Shown piece by piece: positions 13,191 through 26,334 of a stretch of 64,000 nucleotides of DNA. The notes below the pieces were generated by a model, which worked only from the letters and a program-made list of their open reading frames with translations, was not told the origin of the DNA and did not search any database. Numbering within the stretch: position 1 is the first letter of the stretch; each line of letters starts with the position of its first letter. Both the position numbers and the translations under genes were made by a program. The stretch is from Octopus sinensis (taxonomy: Eukaryota). Location: positions 86,800,001-86,864,000 of the forward strand of contig NC_043001.1 in NCBI RefSeq assembly GCF_006345805.1, written 5' to 3'.

Positions 13191-16100
13191 AAGTAAGATC
13201 CATCAAAACCTCAACATTCATTCATGTAGCTTAACATATAGAAGAGTTATTCAAACTTCGATTTGCTCTACCATTCATTTCCAGACACACTGCTATTAAT
13301 ACTTATTTTAAACTGCAGCTATTATAACAGGAACTTCTACTTAACCTTCAAGTAAACTTCAAGTAAAATGTCAGTGAACTAGTTTCACCTGTTTGGGGAA
13401 GTGAGAGAGCAGCAAATATTATGAGAATGCTCCTAACTTCTATTCCTCTTCATGTTAAACTTAAAAAACTGTAATAGATGGCCAACAAAAAATTATTGAA
13501 TTAAGAGTGAAAAGTGAAGTGAATTTTGACGGAAAATGAACTCAGAATGGAATATGATACCTTACAATCTGTGCTACTTGAGGATTCGGGTATAATGCTC
13601 TTGCATTTTTTTTTTTTTTGCACCAGTATACATCATTTTGGTCTTCCTCTACTAAGAATGCTAAGCAATAGTCTTCAGTACACAGTAAATGCTAAGAAAC
13701 TTGGGGAATCTTTTTAACTGGCCTTTGAAGTTCTTTTTCTACTGATTGCTGCCCAAGAGCCTTTGCAGGACAGTAGGTACTGTGGTATTTTCTTAATCAT
13801 CCTTTACCAGATATCAATTATAGCATCATTGGGCCCAAGAAGAAAATTTTGAAGGTCTTTCCTTGGGGTGAAAAAGGGTCAAACAGTCTTGTAGGAAGAA
13901 TGAAGAGAAAGTGGAGGGGATCAGAGATGCAATGCCAGAAACAAACAAAATAATATATAAAAGTTGCCACTCACCTAACATTTGCATAAACTCGAAAGTG
14001 TTGGAACGGCACTTTTCTGTGACATGACACCTGCAGAAAAAGAACAGTGTATCAACATAAACATCACTCAGTTACAGCTACTAACACCAATGCCACAAAC
14101 ATTACTTCAAATGCAACTCCAAAAGAAGTAGCAAATATAACTTCCAATTGGCACAATTTCATCTTAGTTAATTCAAGCTTCATCCTGACATTCTTCATTA
14201 TCACCATTTAATGATTCCAGACATCACCATTGGATGGTGATGTCAAGAACAGGATGTGGCAAACCAGAGGACTGAAGCAAGATCCACTGTCTGCTTTGGC
14301 ATGATTTGTACAGCTGAATGTTTTCCTAATGCCAACTACTTAACAGAATGTACTGGTTGCTTTTTACATGGCAACAGCACTGGCAAGATCACCATGCAAC
14401 TCACAAGACCCCTCAACTGAGAATGTGAGTAGTATCGAGGGAGGTAGTTTTGTGCCAGGAGATGAGAGGTTAAAGTATGCTAGAGGAGCAGAAACAGGTA
14501 CCTTGCTGTAGAGGAGATACATGGCTATCCAGTTGGAAAAAGTAAAAGGAGATGAGACATAAAGAGGAGAGAAATAGGATAGTAGTGAAAATGTGTCAGG
14601 GCATGGACCTTATGGAGGCAAAGTGGCTAATGCTGGTGGCATGTGAAAAGCTCCTTTCAAGTGTTGGGCCTCACAGAGGCAATGACAAATGACTTAGACT
14701 TTTGGTATTATATTGTGCTTGAAAAGAAGACCCATCAAGCTAAGTTAAACCGCAGTCAGGGCAGATACAGCTGTCATGTGAATGGCACATAAAAGCACCC
14801 ATTACACTCTCAGAGTGGTTGGCATTAGGAAGGGTATCCAGCCGTAGAAACCATGCCAAATCAGACTGGAGTCTGGTGCAGCCTTCCAGCTTGCCAGTCC
14901 TGGCCAAACCGTCCAACCCATGCCAGCATGGACAACAGACATTATATGATGATGATGATAATGATGGTACAAACATTGATTAGCCCTAAATTAGCACTTA
15001 TCCAGTAGATCTATAATTGCTTCAAATTTTAGCATAAGACCAGTAATTTTAGCAGATGGTTGATTACACGGACTCCAATATTTGACTGGTACTTATTTTA
15101 TAAACCCGAAATGACGAAAAACAAAGTTGACCTCGGTAATAATTGAACTCAGAACATAAAGAGTAGAAGAAATGCTGTTGAGCATTTTATCCAGTGCGCT
15201 AATGATTCTGCAAGCTCACTGCTTTCAGTAGACCTGTAATCAAAGACATTCTACACATGACAACACCACCTGTTAATTAAATAGTGTATCTAGGATTACA
15301 TTATCAAATCTGTCCCTTTTAACCTATATATGCCCATAAAAAATTCCACTGTATTTAGATTAAATGTTATGGCAAGCTTTCACAATCTGGCAGAGAAGGA
15401 CAGTATACAACTGTTAGCTACGGATGTCGACTACCTACTGAACATTTTGTATGCTCAGTCAGATGCTTTCTGGCGAGTCCATATCCAAACAAGTAGGAAC
15501 AGGTTTTGTGTTGCGAAAACACAACCAAAGGTATATTAGGGGTTAAGATGTAAAAGAAATTTGGTCACACCACCGCCACCATCTATCTTCTTTCCAGTTA
15601 CTCCAACCCACCTTTATATAATATGGGGAAGTTCTGTATTTACTCCATATCCACACACCAGTGTTTGTTCCTCCATCATGCTTCAGTATCTCAACACCTG
15701 GCATAATGCCACCACACTCTCTCAAATACTTCTCCCATACACACTTACTCAAGGAGACAGCTTCCTTTTCTTTTCCTTTCTTGCAAGTTACTTGGTGACC
15801 TCACGAGTGCCAGTGGCACAAAAGGAGCACCCAGCACACACTGTAAAGGGGTTGGTGTCAGGAAGGGCATCCAGTAATAGAAACTATGCCAAACCAGACA
15901 CTGGAGCTTGATGCAGTGCTGCAGCTCATTAGATCCTGTCAAACCCACCAACCCATGCTCGCATGGAAAACAGACATTAAATGATGATGATGATGAAGTG
16001 TTAATACTGCTACTGTTGGTTGTTGTTGTTAAGCAACAAGACGGGTAAGGGTGATTGTCTAGGGCTTAGGGGCGGGAGACCCCAGACCTTGGACAAAAAT

Positions 16101-17314
16101 AGCTTTGGTCGTCTTGTTGTAATCAAGGGCTCTTCGTTGATGCCCGACACCACTGGGAGGTGACCCTCGAAGTTGATGGAAATGGAGATCTCCAGGTCCA
16201 AATTTTTGAACAGCTGCTGCTATTGGTGGTTGTATTAGTATTGTTACTGCTACTGTGAAAGGATAATAGAAGTGGTGGTGGTGAGGATGGTGGTAGTGTT
16301 GTTATTACTGGTAGTATTGATAATTATAGAAGCTATTTTACAGAGATTAAAACAGATTTTACTGCTACATGGCAGCACAACCATTCTGGAGTCCCAGTAA
16401 CTAATAAAGAGTCATTAGTATGTAGAAAGTGAATGCAATAGACAAACCTGTTTTATCGTGCTGAGAGAGCGAATCACTGCACCAATAGCATGTGCCCACT
16501 GATTCCTTTCTTCCTCTCCAGCAGCCTGAAGATAAATTTCCCGATCTCCAGATGGCATACATATTTTGAAAGTCCCCTGAAATAAAAGAAGAACAAAGAT
16601 CAGCAAATGGCACCACTTCATTAACAGAAAACTTAATTAGTTTACTTTGGACAACAAAAACCATTAAAGATTTTTTCAACATAGGTAACAACTTCCACAA
16701 GGTCAGTTAAATATTCATCCGTGCAGGACTGCATATTATGAATACCTTAAAAGCTTTTATGTGAAGACACAGCATTCACAGCAGTGTATATTAACCTCCT
16801 TTGTCCCCAACACTGTGATTAAAAAAAGTAAAAATAAAAATAAAATAATGATGATGACAATGATGATAAAACGGCAGTTGCAGGCATGGCTGTGTAGTGA
16901 AGCTCACTTTGCAACCTCATGGTTTCAAGTTCAGTCCCATTATGCAGCTCCTTGGGTAAAGTGTCTTGTACAAATAGCCCCTACTCGACCAATGTGTTGT
17001 GAGTGGTTTTGGTAGAGGGGAAACTGTGTGGAAGCCTATCATGTGTGTGTGCGTACACGTGTATATATGTTGTAATTGTATGCATCAGTGGATCTTTGTT
17101 TACCCCACCCTGCCACCGCTTGACAAACCTGTGCCAGTTTGTTCACATCCCCATAACTGAGTGGTTTTGCCATAACAGGGTGATGAAATAAGTAAGAGGC
17201 TTAAAAAGGGGAGAAAAAATAAGTACTGAGGGCGATTTGTTTGACTAAAACCCTTCAAGGTGACACCCCAGAATGGCCACAGATAGACCATCATGAACAG
17301 ACAGTTAGTATATA

Positions 17315-17348
<34 letters not shown>

Positions 17349-20300
17349 TTTAAGTGAAACTTTATTGCAAGTTACATTCATTTGCTACTCATGTCTCATT
17401 CTGAAATAACCAATGCCCCATCAAAATATTCTTTTCTACTCTAGGCACAAGGCCTGACATTTTTGGGGAGGGGACCAGTCGATTAGATCAACCCCAGTAC
17501 ACAACTGGTACTTAATTTATTGATCCTGAAAGGATGAAAGGCAAAGTCAATCTTGGCAGAATTTGAACTCAGAACGTAAAGACAGACAAAATACCGCTAA
17601 GCACATCCCCGGAGTACCATTTCTGCCAGCTTGCCGCCTTAAAAATGCCCCATCAAAATATTACCCAGCAACACAGGTGGGGAGTGTATTCCATCTTGAG
17701 AAACACTGATCTACAGCATATGTTAGGGAACTTTTTTAGCCAATTACCCCAAAATATCTTTATTTATGCTGATGTCACCCTCTTGATTAGAAAGAAAGAA
17801 AATCATAGATAACAAGGAATACGTTTTTTTTATATAATTTTACTTATGTCTAATGAGCCCTCATTACCCCAAAGAATTTCATTTTTACCCAGCCTGGGGT
17901 AATTTACCCCAATTTGCCAACCCCTGATCTAAAGTGACTAAAGAAGAATTTTCATCAAATGTATCAGAATTGTGATGATGTACTGAAGTGAAGCATGAGA
18001 GTTGCAGTGAGTAGAGCACAAAATGTGGGCATGGTTTATTGAATGTGTAATGTGAAGTGAAATAGTTTGTGCACAAGTCGGTTATGAAAGTGACTGGGAA
18101 CCCAAATAATTAAACTGTGTTTGAGGACTCAGATGTTTCAGTGAGTCAATGGACCTTTCATCGGTGTTTTAATTATTTTATCTATATTTCTACTTGTATT
18201 AGTCAGGGGATAGTAGCCATGTTGAGGTACCACCTTGAAGAGTTTTTATCAGACAAATTAAACCTCAGTACTTCTTTCTTCCTTTTTGTAATCTGGTATT
18301 CATTCTATCAGTCTCTTATGTCAAGCTGCTAAATTATTTAGATGTAACAAACCAACACTGGTTGTCAAGCAATAGTGGGGGACAAACTGAAATACACATA
18401 TTCATACACACAGTGGCTTCTTTCAGTTTCTGTTTACTAAATTCACTCACAAGTCTTTGGTTGGCTTGGGGTTATAGTAAAAGGCACTTACCCAAGGTAG
18501 GACTGAACCCAGAACCATGAGGTTGGAAACAAACTTCTTAGCATATAACCATGCCACTTCTCTATGTTTGCATCTATCAAGAAATTCAGTGAGGTAAATT
18601 TTCTACAGCTGGATACCTTTTCTGTCACCAACCCTCACCTATGTCCAAGCAAAGTAGACCTTCCTTTTGGCAGGACATGTTTTCATGGAAGACTGAGAAT
18701 GAATTACACTGCTTGTATGATGGTGAAGCTCATTTACAACTACCAGGTAATGTCAAGATGGGACACATACACACACATACATCCACCTCCCTACTTCCAT
18801 AACTTACTCTCACAATACAACTATAGCTATCTCCCACACCACTACCATCCAAAAAGAAAAAAAAACCGCATCAGTAACTCTCCATCTCAAGACAGTTACA
18901 CTCTTCTCCCCATCCTATCTTTCTCTATACTGCTTTCTCCTCCCATCCTCACACAGACACAGACCCCTGCCACAGAACCACATTCCAACCTGCCCTCTTT
19001 AATCCACTTTTTTTTTTGTCTCCAATCACTTTTTCTCATTCATTCTGAAATGTCAAAACTACTTTATTCTTTTTTTTTAAAGCGTCAAACTAATACATTT
19101 GTTAAAACTTGCTCCTACTTGTATATCAATGTTCACTTGTGTTCATTGTCTTCAACCCCACACACTCAATGGGCTTCTTTCAGTATCCATCTACCAAATC
19201 TACTTATATGGCTTTGGTTGGCCCAGGGCTACAGTAAAAGATATTTGCCCAAGGGCCACACAATGGGACCAAACCTGAAACAATGTGGTTGGAAGTGAAC
19301 CTCTCAACCACACAACTATGCCTGTGTGAAAATATAATGTAATGTGTGTTAGCGGTGGTTAAAGCTATTAGTGATGGTAGAGACAGACCAATAAAGATTT
19401 TAAGCCATAGATTATTACATCAGTTACAAGATTGGATGTCAAAACACACAACCTACATAATTATGGTGATATGTTTAGATGCAGTAAGTTCTAATTTTAA
19501 AGCATCAAGTCAGAGGCTTACTGTATGGTTGGTATTCAGAATGACATGCGAGCTACGTTAATAGAAGCAAACAGGTGGATGCCAACAACTAAGTACAGCT
19601 ACTTCAGAAAGAAATATTGGTATCTAAGAATATAATCTAAGCCAAAAGGTATTGTATAAAAGGGGAAAGTAAATTCAGATGTTATTTTGTAATTTTGCAC
19701 TAGTATTTTTACTGCAGTGATTCATGCTGTGTTGCATCAATTTAGCATAACATAGATTCATATTTTAGTGTTCAAAAAGTTGTTCCACATCATGGCTTCT
19801 AATCTGACATGATGGTATGTTACTGTCTGTGCCAGTCATCCCCCATCAGCCTTCTGCTTCCACTAACTTCAAAGCTGTGGAAATAAACATTAACCCTTTA
19901 GCATTTAAAACCAGCCATATATCCAGCCCACACCTTTCTACCTGTTTTATGTTCAAATCATCCAGATCCAGCTTCTCATACTTACCTAACGTTGTTTTAA
20001 AAGTTAACAATCACATTATCAAAATCTTGAAACTGCAAGATAACACATGATTGATTCAAAACCATGTGAATAAATAAGCATTATACTTGACAGAGTAATC
20101 TGAATGTTAAAGGGTTAAAGTTATTTCTTCAATAAGTATAGCTGTGTGGTTAAGAAGTTTACTTCCCAATAACATGGTTTCAGGTTCAGTTCCACTGTGT
20201 GAAACCTTGGGCAGGTGTCTTCTATAGACTTGTTAGTGGACTTGGTGGGCAACAGCCCAGAATAAAAGACAAAAAGTGAACAGTGAAAGAACTATAAAGT

Positions 20301-23300
20301 AGAAAGGGTACACAAGCTTGTCAGGGGTGGTGTTGGTGAATTTTTGTTGGAAAGAATGGAATTTTTGAAGGGTGCAGTGTCCTATGTCTGAAAGTCTTAG
20401 GTATTGCACTATTTTTTGATGTTATGGATGGTAGAAATATCAAATTGAAAAAAGGTAGTCAAAGTTGTTATTGAAAAGATGGTGGATAATCTTGTAATCT
20501 TATGATGATGCTCAGAGAAGTAAGACATTCAAGATTCAGTAAGTGACTGACAGAAAGTATTTGTGTGGATATATGTCTCAAGATAACTTGATATTCTGAA
20601 CAAGATGGTGGTTCCAGGTTGGTGTTGCAAGCTTGTGCGTAGACATATAGCTTTTGATGAGCACCACTTAACCTTCAAAGAATTATATTACAATCTTAAT
20701 AAATTAATCTGAATATACAGAACTGACCGAGTAGATAAAAGTAACAAAAAAAAAAATCAAGATAAGTTCACATCTAAAAGCATTTCATTGATTTTAATCA
20801 AAAATATTTTATAATGTAACTGATAAAGACCGAATGGAAAGAAAGATGTTTGTTAATTTTATAACCACATTCTTGTATGCAATTATTTTTAATAAACTGC
20901 TTTTTAATTATAATTAAACAAGTTTGTTTACATCCAAAACATTTGCAGGATGGTTTTCAAAACCTTTTGGATATAAATTAATGAAGACTATTTCCTAATA
21001 CACAAGTGGTAGACATATGTGCATGTGCATGCATGATTACTACATTTTCAAATCTTTTTATTGATTTTAGTGGGATTTATGGTTCATGCCTTATAATACT
21101 GGTAATATATTAATAAACTCATTCTAGACTCAGTACTTGTCAAAATAATATACAACTTTCATGCTAGCTAGTCCAACCCATGCTAGCATGGAAAGCAGAT
21201 GTTAAACGATGATGATGATTAAACAGGGAAATAATCAAGATATTAACTTGATGCATCATCATTTAACATCCACTTTTCCATGCTCATATGGTCAGATGGA
21301 ATTTGTGGAGATAGATCTGTCACCATCTCTCAGTTTCCAAGCAAAGTAATATTTCCCATGGAAGATTAGAAAGAAACAACCTCACTTGTATGACAACGAT
21401 GCTCATTTACAACCATCTTGTGATGTCTAGGCAAGGGTACACACAAAACACACAGAAATACACACACACTTCTTGTCAACCAAATCCACTTACCCAAATT
21501 ACCATGCAGTGGAACTGAACCTGAAACCGGAATTTCAGTTTACCAGACAACTATTTACGATACACAGCCTCGAACAGATCTCTAACAGAAATACTGAACT
21601 ACCTTTGATACATAAATCCACTTAACTATTTTCGCCTTCCATACTGTGACTGGTTATGTAAAATATTTGTGACTCTGGCCATGCAACTACATCCACATAG
21701 CTATCTCAGTATGTTCTCATATGAAATATCTGTCGATTTATTTTTGTATAATTTGCTTTCAGCAGTCTTGATTTAATAGCTGCACTGTGTCTTTAGTTAA
21801 ATTGCTCAGTGCTTTGTTCCTGTTGATGTTGAGATGAAACAGTTAAATGTATATGCAGTTAGAATACTCTCTCGTGACTTAACAATTCAAATCCAGCACA
21901 AATATTATATCCTTTCCAGGAAAACCAATTCTAAACCATCTTAGTTCATCTAGCTGCTATGCATAAAATATTTACCATGCTTCTCTGGAGAATGTTAACC
22001 AGATAGAGATCTCACATTTAGAACCAAATACACACAGTTTGTGAGCCAATAATGAAAGATATAAACCATGCCATTACACTAACAATATCAGGTCCTTGTG
22101 AAAATGTTATCACACAATTTCATTACCTCTCTCCTATAAATATCAAGAAATTAATCATTATGAGTAAGTAGACCTGAAGAATTAGTTCTGAATTAAAAAG
22201 ACCAGATTAGATCACCTCTGATTAGTGCATGCATAAACAACAGGTAAATAAGTTATTTATTCACCCTAGGCTAGCACTGACCAAGTGAAACCACAATCAA
22301 GGGCTTCCTAGCCATAACCACTGTCTTTTCTGCATATACCATTTTTTATCAAGGTGGTAAGCAGATAAGATTTGGTTGCTATTTCTAACAGAACTAGCAA
22401 CCACCTACAGAACCCTCCATTAGATCAAGATACCTAAGTGGGTGGAGAGGTTAGTCAGTGCTATGTTAGTCTTCAGAAAGAACAGGAAATAGGGGTCACA
22501 GTAGTTCAGGCTTTGGGTTCAGTTTCTGATTTCACCATTCTCAATTAATCAACTGGAAAATGTCAGTCCAAGAAAGAAGAGAAAATTTAGTGGTGGTGGG
22601 GTGTGGGGAGGGGGATCCAGTAACAGTTTCCACTGCTTACTGAGAGATTAACTGGACAGATCTCTTTCCACAGTCTGATTACTAATGCCAGTAGAGTAGG
22701 AGGGAGAGAGAAGTGAAGTCTTTCATTCATTGAAGCAGACACAAACAGTTGGAAAATATGGATGAGACCAACTGTTTATAAAGAGAGACAGAGAGACAGA
22801 GAGACAAAGAGAAGGAAAGAGGCAAATAGAGTGAGATAGACAGTGAGAGAGACACACAGAGAAAAAGAGGTAAATACAGAAACAAATAGAGTGAGAGAGA
22901 GAGAGAGAGAGAGACAAATGGAGAGAGAGATATAGACAGAGAAAGACAAAGGGGGAGAGAGATAGACAAAGAGAGACATGGACATATATACAGAGAGATG
23001 TAGAGACCAAGAGAGAGCGACATACAAAGACAAAGAGAGAAACGCACAGAGGCAGAGAGAGAGAGACGCACGGAGACAGAGAGAGACGCATGGAGACATA
23101 AAGAGAGACGCACGGAGACATAAAGAGAGACGCACAGAGACATAAAGAGAGATGCACAGAGACATAAAGAGAGACGCACGGAGACATAAAGAGAGACGCA
23201 CGGAGACATAAAGAGAGACGCACGGAGACATAAAGAGAGACGCACGGAGACATAAAGAGAGACGCACGGAGACAGAGAGAGACGCACGGAGACAGAAATA

Positions 23301-24083
23301 GAGAGAGAGATGCACAGAGAGAGAGAGAGAGAGAGAGAGTGTGAGATGCACAAAGATGGAGAAGGAAATGCACAGAGAGAGAGGGGGCACAGACACAGAG
23401 AGACACAGAGAGAAACTCCTAGAAAAAGAGAGAGACACAGAAACAAAGAGAGACACAGAAACAGAGAGAGACACAGAAACAGAGAGAGACACAGAGACAG
23501 AGACACAGTGATAGAGAGATGCACAGGGAGAGAGATGCACAGAGACAGAGATGCAGAGAGAGAGAGGGGGGAGGAGAGAGACAGAGAGAGATACAGAGAC
23601 AAAGAGATAAATAGAGAGGGAGAGACAAATAAAGAGAGACAGACACACAGAGACAAACAGTTAGAAAAACAACTAGAGAGACAGAAACATAAAAAGGGGG
23701 CGAGGGAATTAAGGGTGGGGTAATGTTCTGTTAGGAATTCAGTTGACATTTTCCAGAGAGTGCTGAGAACTGGCAAGTGAAAAAAAAGTGATTATGTACA
23801 TGCAGGAGCAGAGGAGATGTAGGGCCAACCCTAAATACTGTTGTAATTAGAGAAGTGCCTTCCTCTGAATCACACCCAACAAATTATTGAAGTCTCAAAA
23901 AAAAAAAAAAAGGAAAAAAGAAAATATTGTTTTTAAATGTTTCATTTATTTTCCTTCCCCTCCCACTTCTCCTTTCTTAAATATCATTTTTGTCATACAA
24001 ACAGCTTTCAATGACCAAATAATTTAGATACTTGTGTGTGTGGTCAGGACGTTGGGGGGGGGGGGTAGATACACACACACACA

Positions 24084-24118
<35 letters not shown>

Positions 24119-26109
24119 CAATTTATATATATATAGGCATAATTAAATCTCAGAATGAGATTGAAACAGTAATCGCTCGATAATGTAAAGTATAGAAGCC
24201 ATCTTATCATGGCTAACCACATTGGGGAGGGGGTTGTTACTGTAGCTTTATAGCCCCAAGAGATCTTCGTCTCTAGCTGGCTCTAAACACAATATCTGTG
24301 TCTTTGGAGTATTTGCAAAGGGAGGCCATCCCTTCCTCGCAAGCCTGAGTGATACGTTCGAACTAGTTTCGGGATGTTTGTCCCTCGTCAACGGGCAGCA
24401 ACCACCAGGTAGCGATGAAAGTGAAGGCTCCTTTGCAAATAGATATAAGTTTTTCTAATGGCGTCTGCCACTGATGTCAAAAAACGAACAGTAAGCATAA
24501 TTAAATCTCAGAATGAGATTGAAACAGTAATCGCTCGATAATGTAAAGTATAGAAGCCATCTTATCATGGCTAACCCCATTGGGGAGGGGGTTGTTACTG
24601 TAGCTTTATAGCCCCAAGAGTCCTTCGTCTCTAGCTAGCTCTAAACACAATTATATATATATATAAATGGCCCAGTGATTGGGACAGCGGACTCGCAGTT
24701 GTAGGATTGTGGTTTCAATTCCCGAGTGTTTATTGAGCAAAAACACCTAAAAGCTCCACGAGGCTCCGGCAGGTGGGGGTGGCAATCCCTGCTGTACTCT
24801 TTCGCCACAACTTTCTCTCACTTTTTTTTCAGTTGGCCTGCTTGCTTAACCTGCGGGGTGGCGTCATTTGAAGGCTAGATGTGTAGCAACATCTGATAGC
24901 CTGGTGTGATATATACACACACACACACTTTTCACCAACAATACAAGTTTATGTGGTAACTGAACTTGCAAGAAATAACAGCCAACAACCCCACAAATCT
25001 CACCATGCTGTATTTAAAATAGGATACAATGGAGAATGTGATCCTGTAGTCTCCACATACATAGGTGTACACAGTTGAGATAGTCATAGCTGGAATACCC
25101 TTTAATCAAAGGTATGCATATCAAAGGTGACTGAGGGCTAAACAACCACCATATACTCATTTCTGTTGACATAACAACATTTTACATACAATGCTCACCT
25201 ACCACATTCCTCACATTCTATACATTCACATTTCACTGACCACATTAAGCAGTCTATATATTCACAAACTTTACATACCACATTAAACAGTCTATACATT
25301 CACACATCATTTAACACATTAAATATTGTATGAGAGTTATACTCTTTTACTTGTTAGTTAGTTAGTTAGTTAATTTGGCTCAAAAGCAAATAGCAAGGCC
25401 ATGTAGGGGGACATGGAGTTAAGTACAGGGTGGTGTTCATGTAAAGAGTTCAGGCCACTTGAGGTCAAGGGAGGCTTTGAACAAAGCGGTCGTCGGCATC
25501 TTCACCATCTCGTCTGGCAGTTTGTTCCACGGATCCGCAACCCGGACGGAGAAAGCTCTTCTCCTTCGATTGAGATGAAATCGTCGCAGGTAGAGCTTTT
25601 CGGAATGACCCCGCAGCCGACGCTCTGGAGCAGGAGTGAAGAACAGCTCTTTCGAGAGGTTACACTTTCTGCTTATGATGTTGTGGGCGAGAATCAGATC
25701 ACCACGGCGGCGGCGTTTTTCAAGAGAATAAAGGTCGAGCGTCCTCAGCCTTTCTTCATAGGACAAATTTTTGAGACCACGAACCATGCGGGTAGCCAGC
25801 TTCTGGACTCTTTCGAGATGCTGTATGTCTTTGAGGAGATAAGGAGAAGAGGCTTGAATCCCGTACTCCAATATGGGTCTCACCAGCGTGACATAGAGTG
25901 GTAGGAATATGGCTGCTGTGAGCATTCCGAATGACCGTCGAATTTCAGTCATTTGACTGGCCATGCTGGAGCACTGCCTTTAGTCGAGCAAATCCACCCC
26001 AGGACTTATTCTTTTCTAAGCTTAGTACTTATTCTATCGGTCTCTTTCACGGGGGACGTAAACACACCAGCATCGGTTGTCAAGTGATGTTGGGGGGGGA
26101 CACAGACAA

Positions 26110-26156
<47 letters not shown>

Positions 26157-26196
26157 CATATGTATATATATATATGTGTGTGTGTGTATATATGTG

Positions 26197-26247
<51 letters not shown>

Positions 26248-26298
26248 ATATATGTGTGTGTGTATATATATGTGTGTGTGTGTGTGTGTATATATATA

Positions 26299-26334
<36 letters not shown>

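Noticed and set aside
18564-19298. 244-aa ORF
   Set aside because: Runs through two repeat families and low-complexity CT-rich sequence; no coherent domain.
23062-23294. CRISPR-like array
   Set aside because: Units are directly adjacent with no unique spacers; eukaryotic context, no cas genes.
22553-23756. 13-bp inverted repeat CTGGAAAATGTCA flanking the GA tract as TIRs
   Set aside because: No TSD and no extension; a match of this length can occur by chance in 64 kb.
22723-23776. Long ORFs (227-349 aa) in several frames
   Set aside because: Pure translation of (GA)n/(CT)n and the 22-bp minisatellite; open in multiple frames on both strands.
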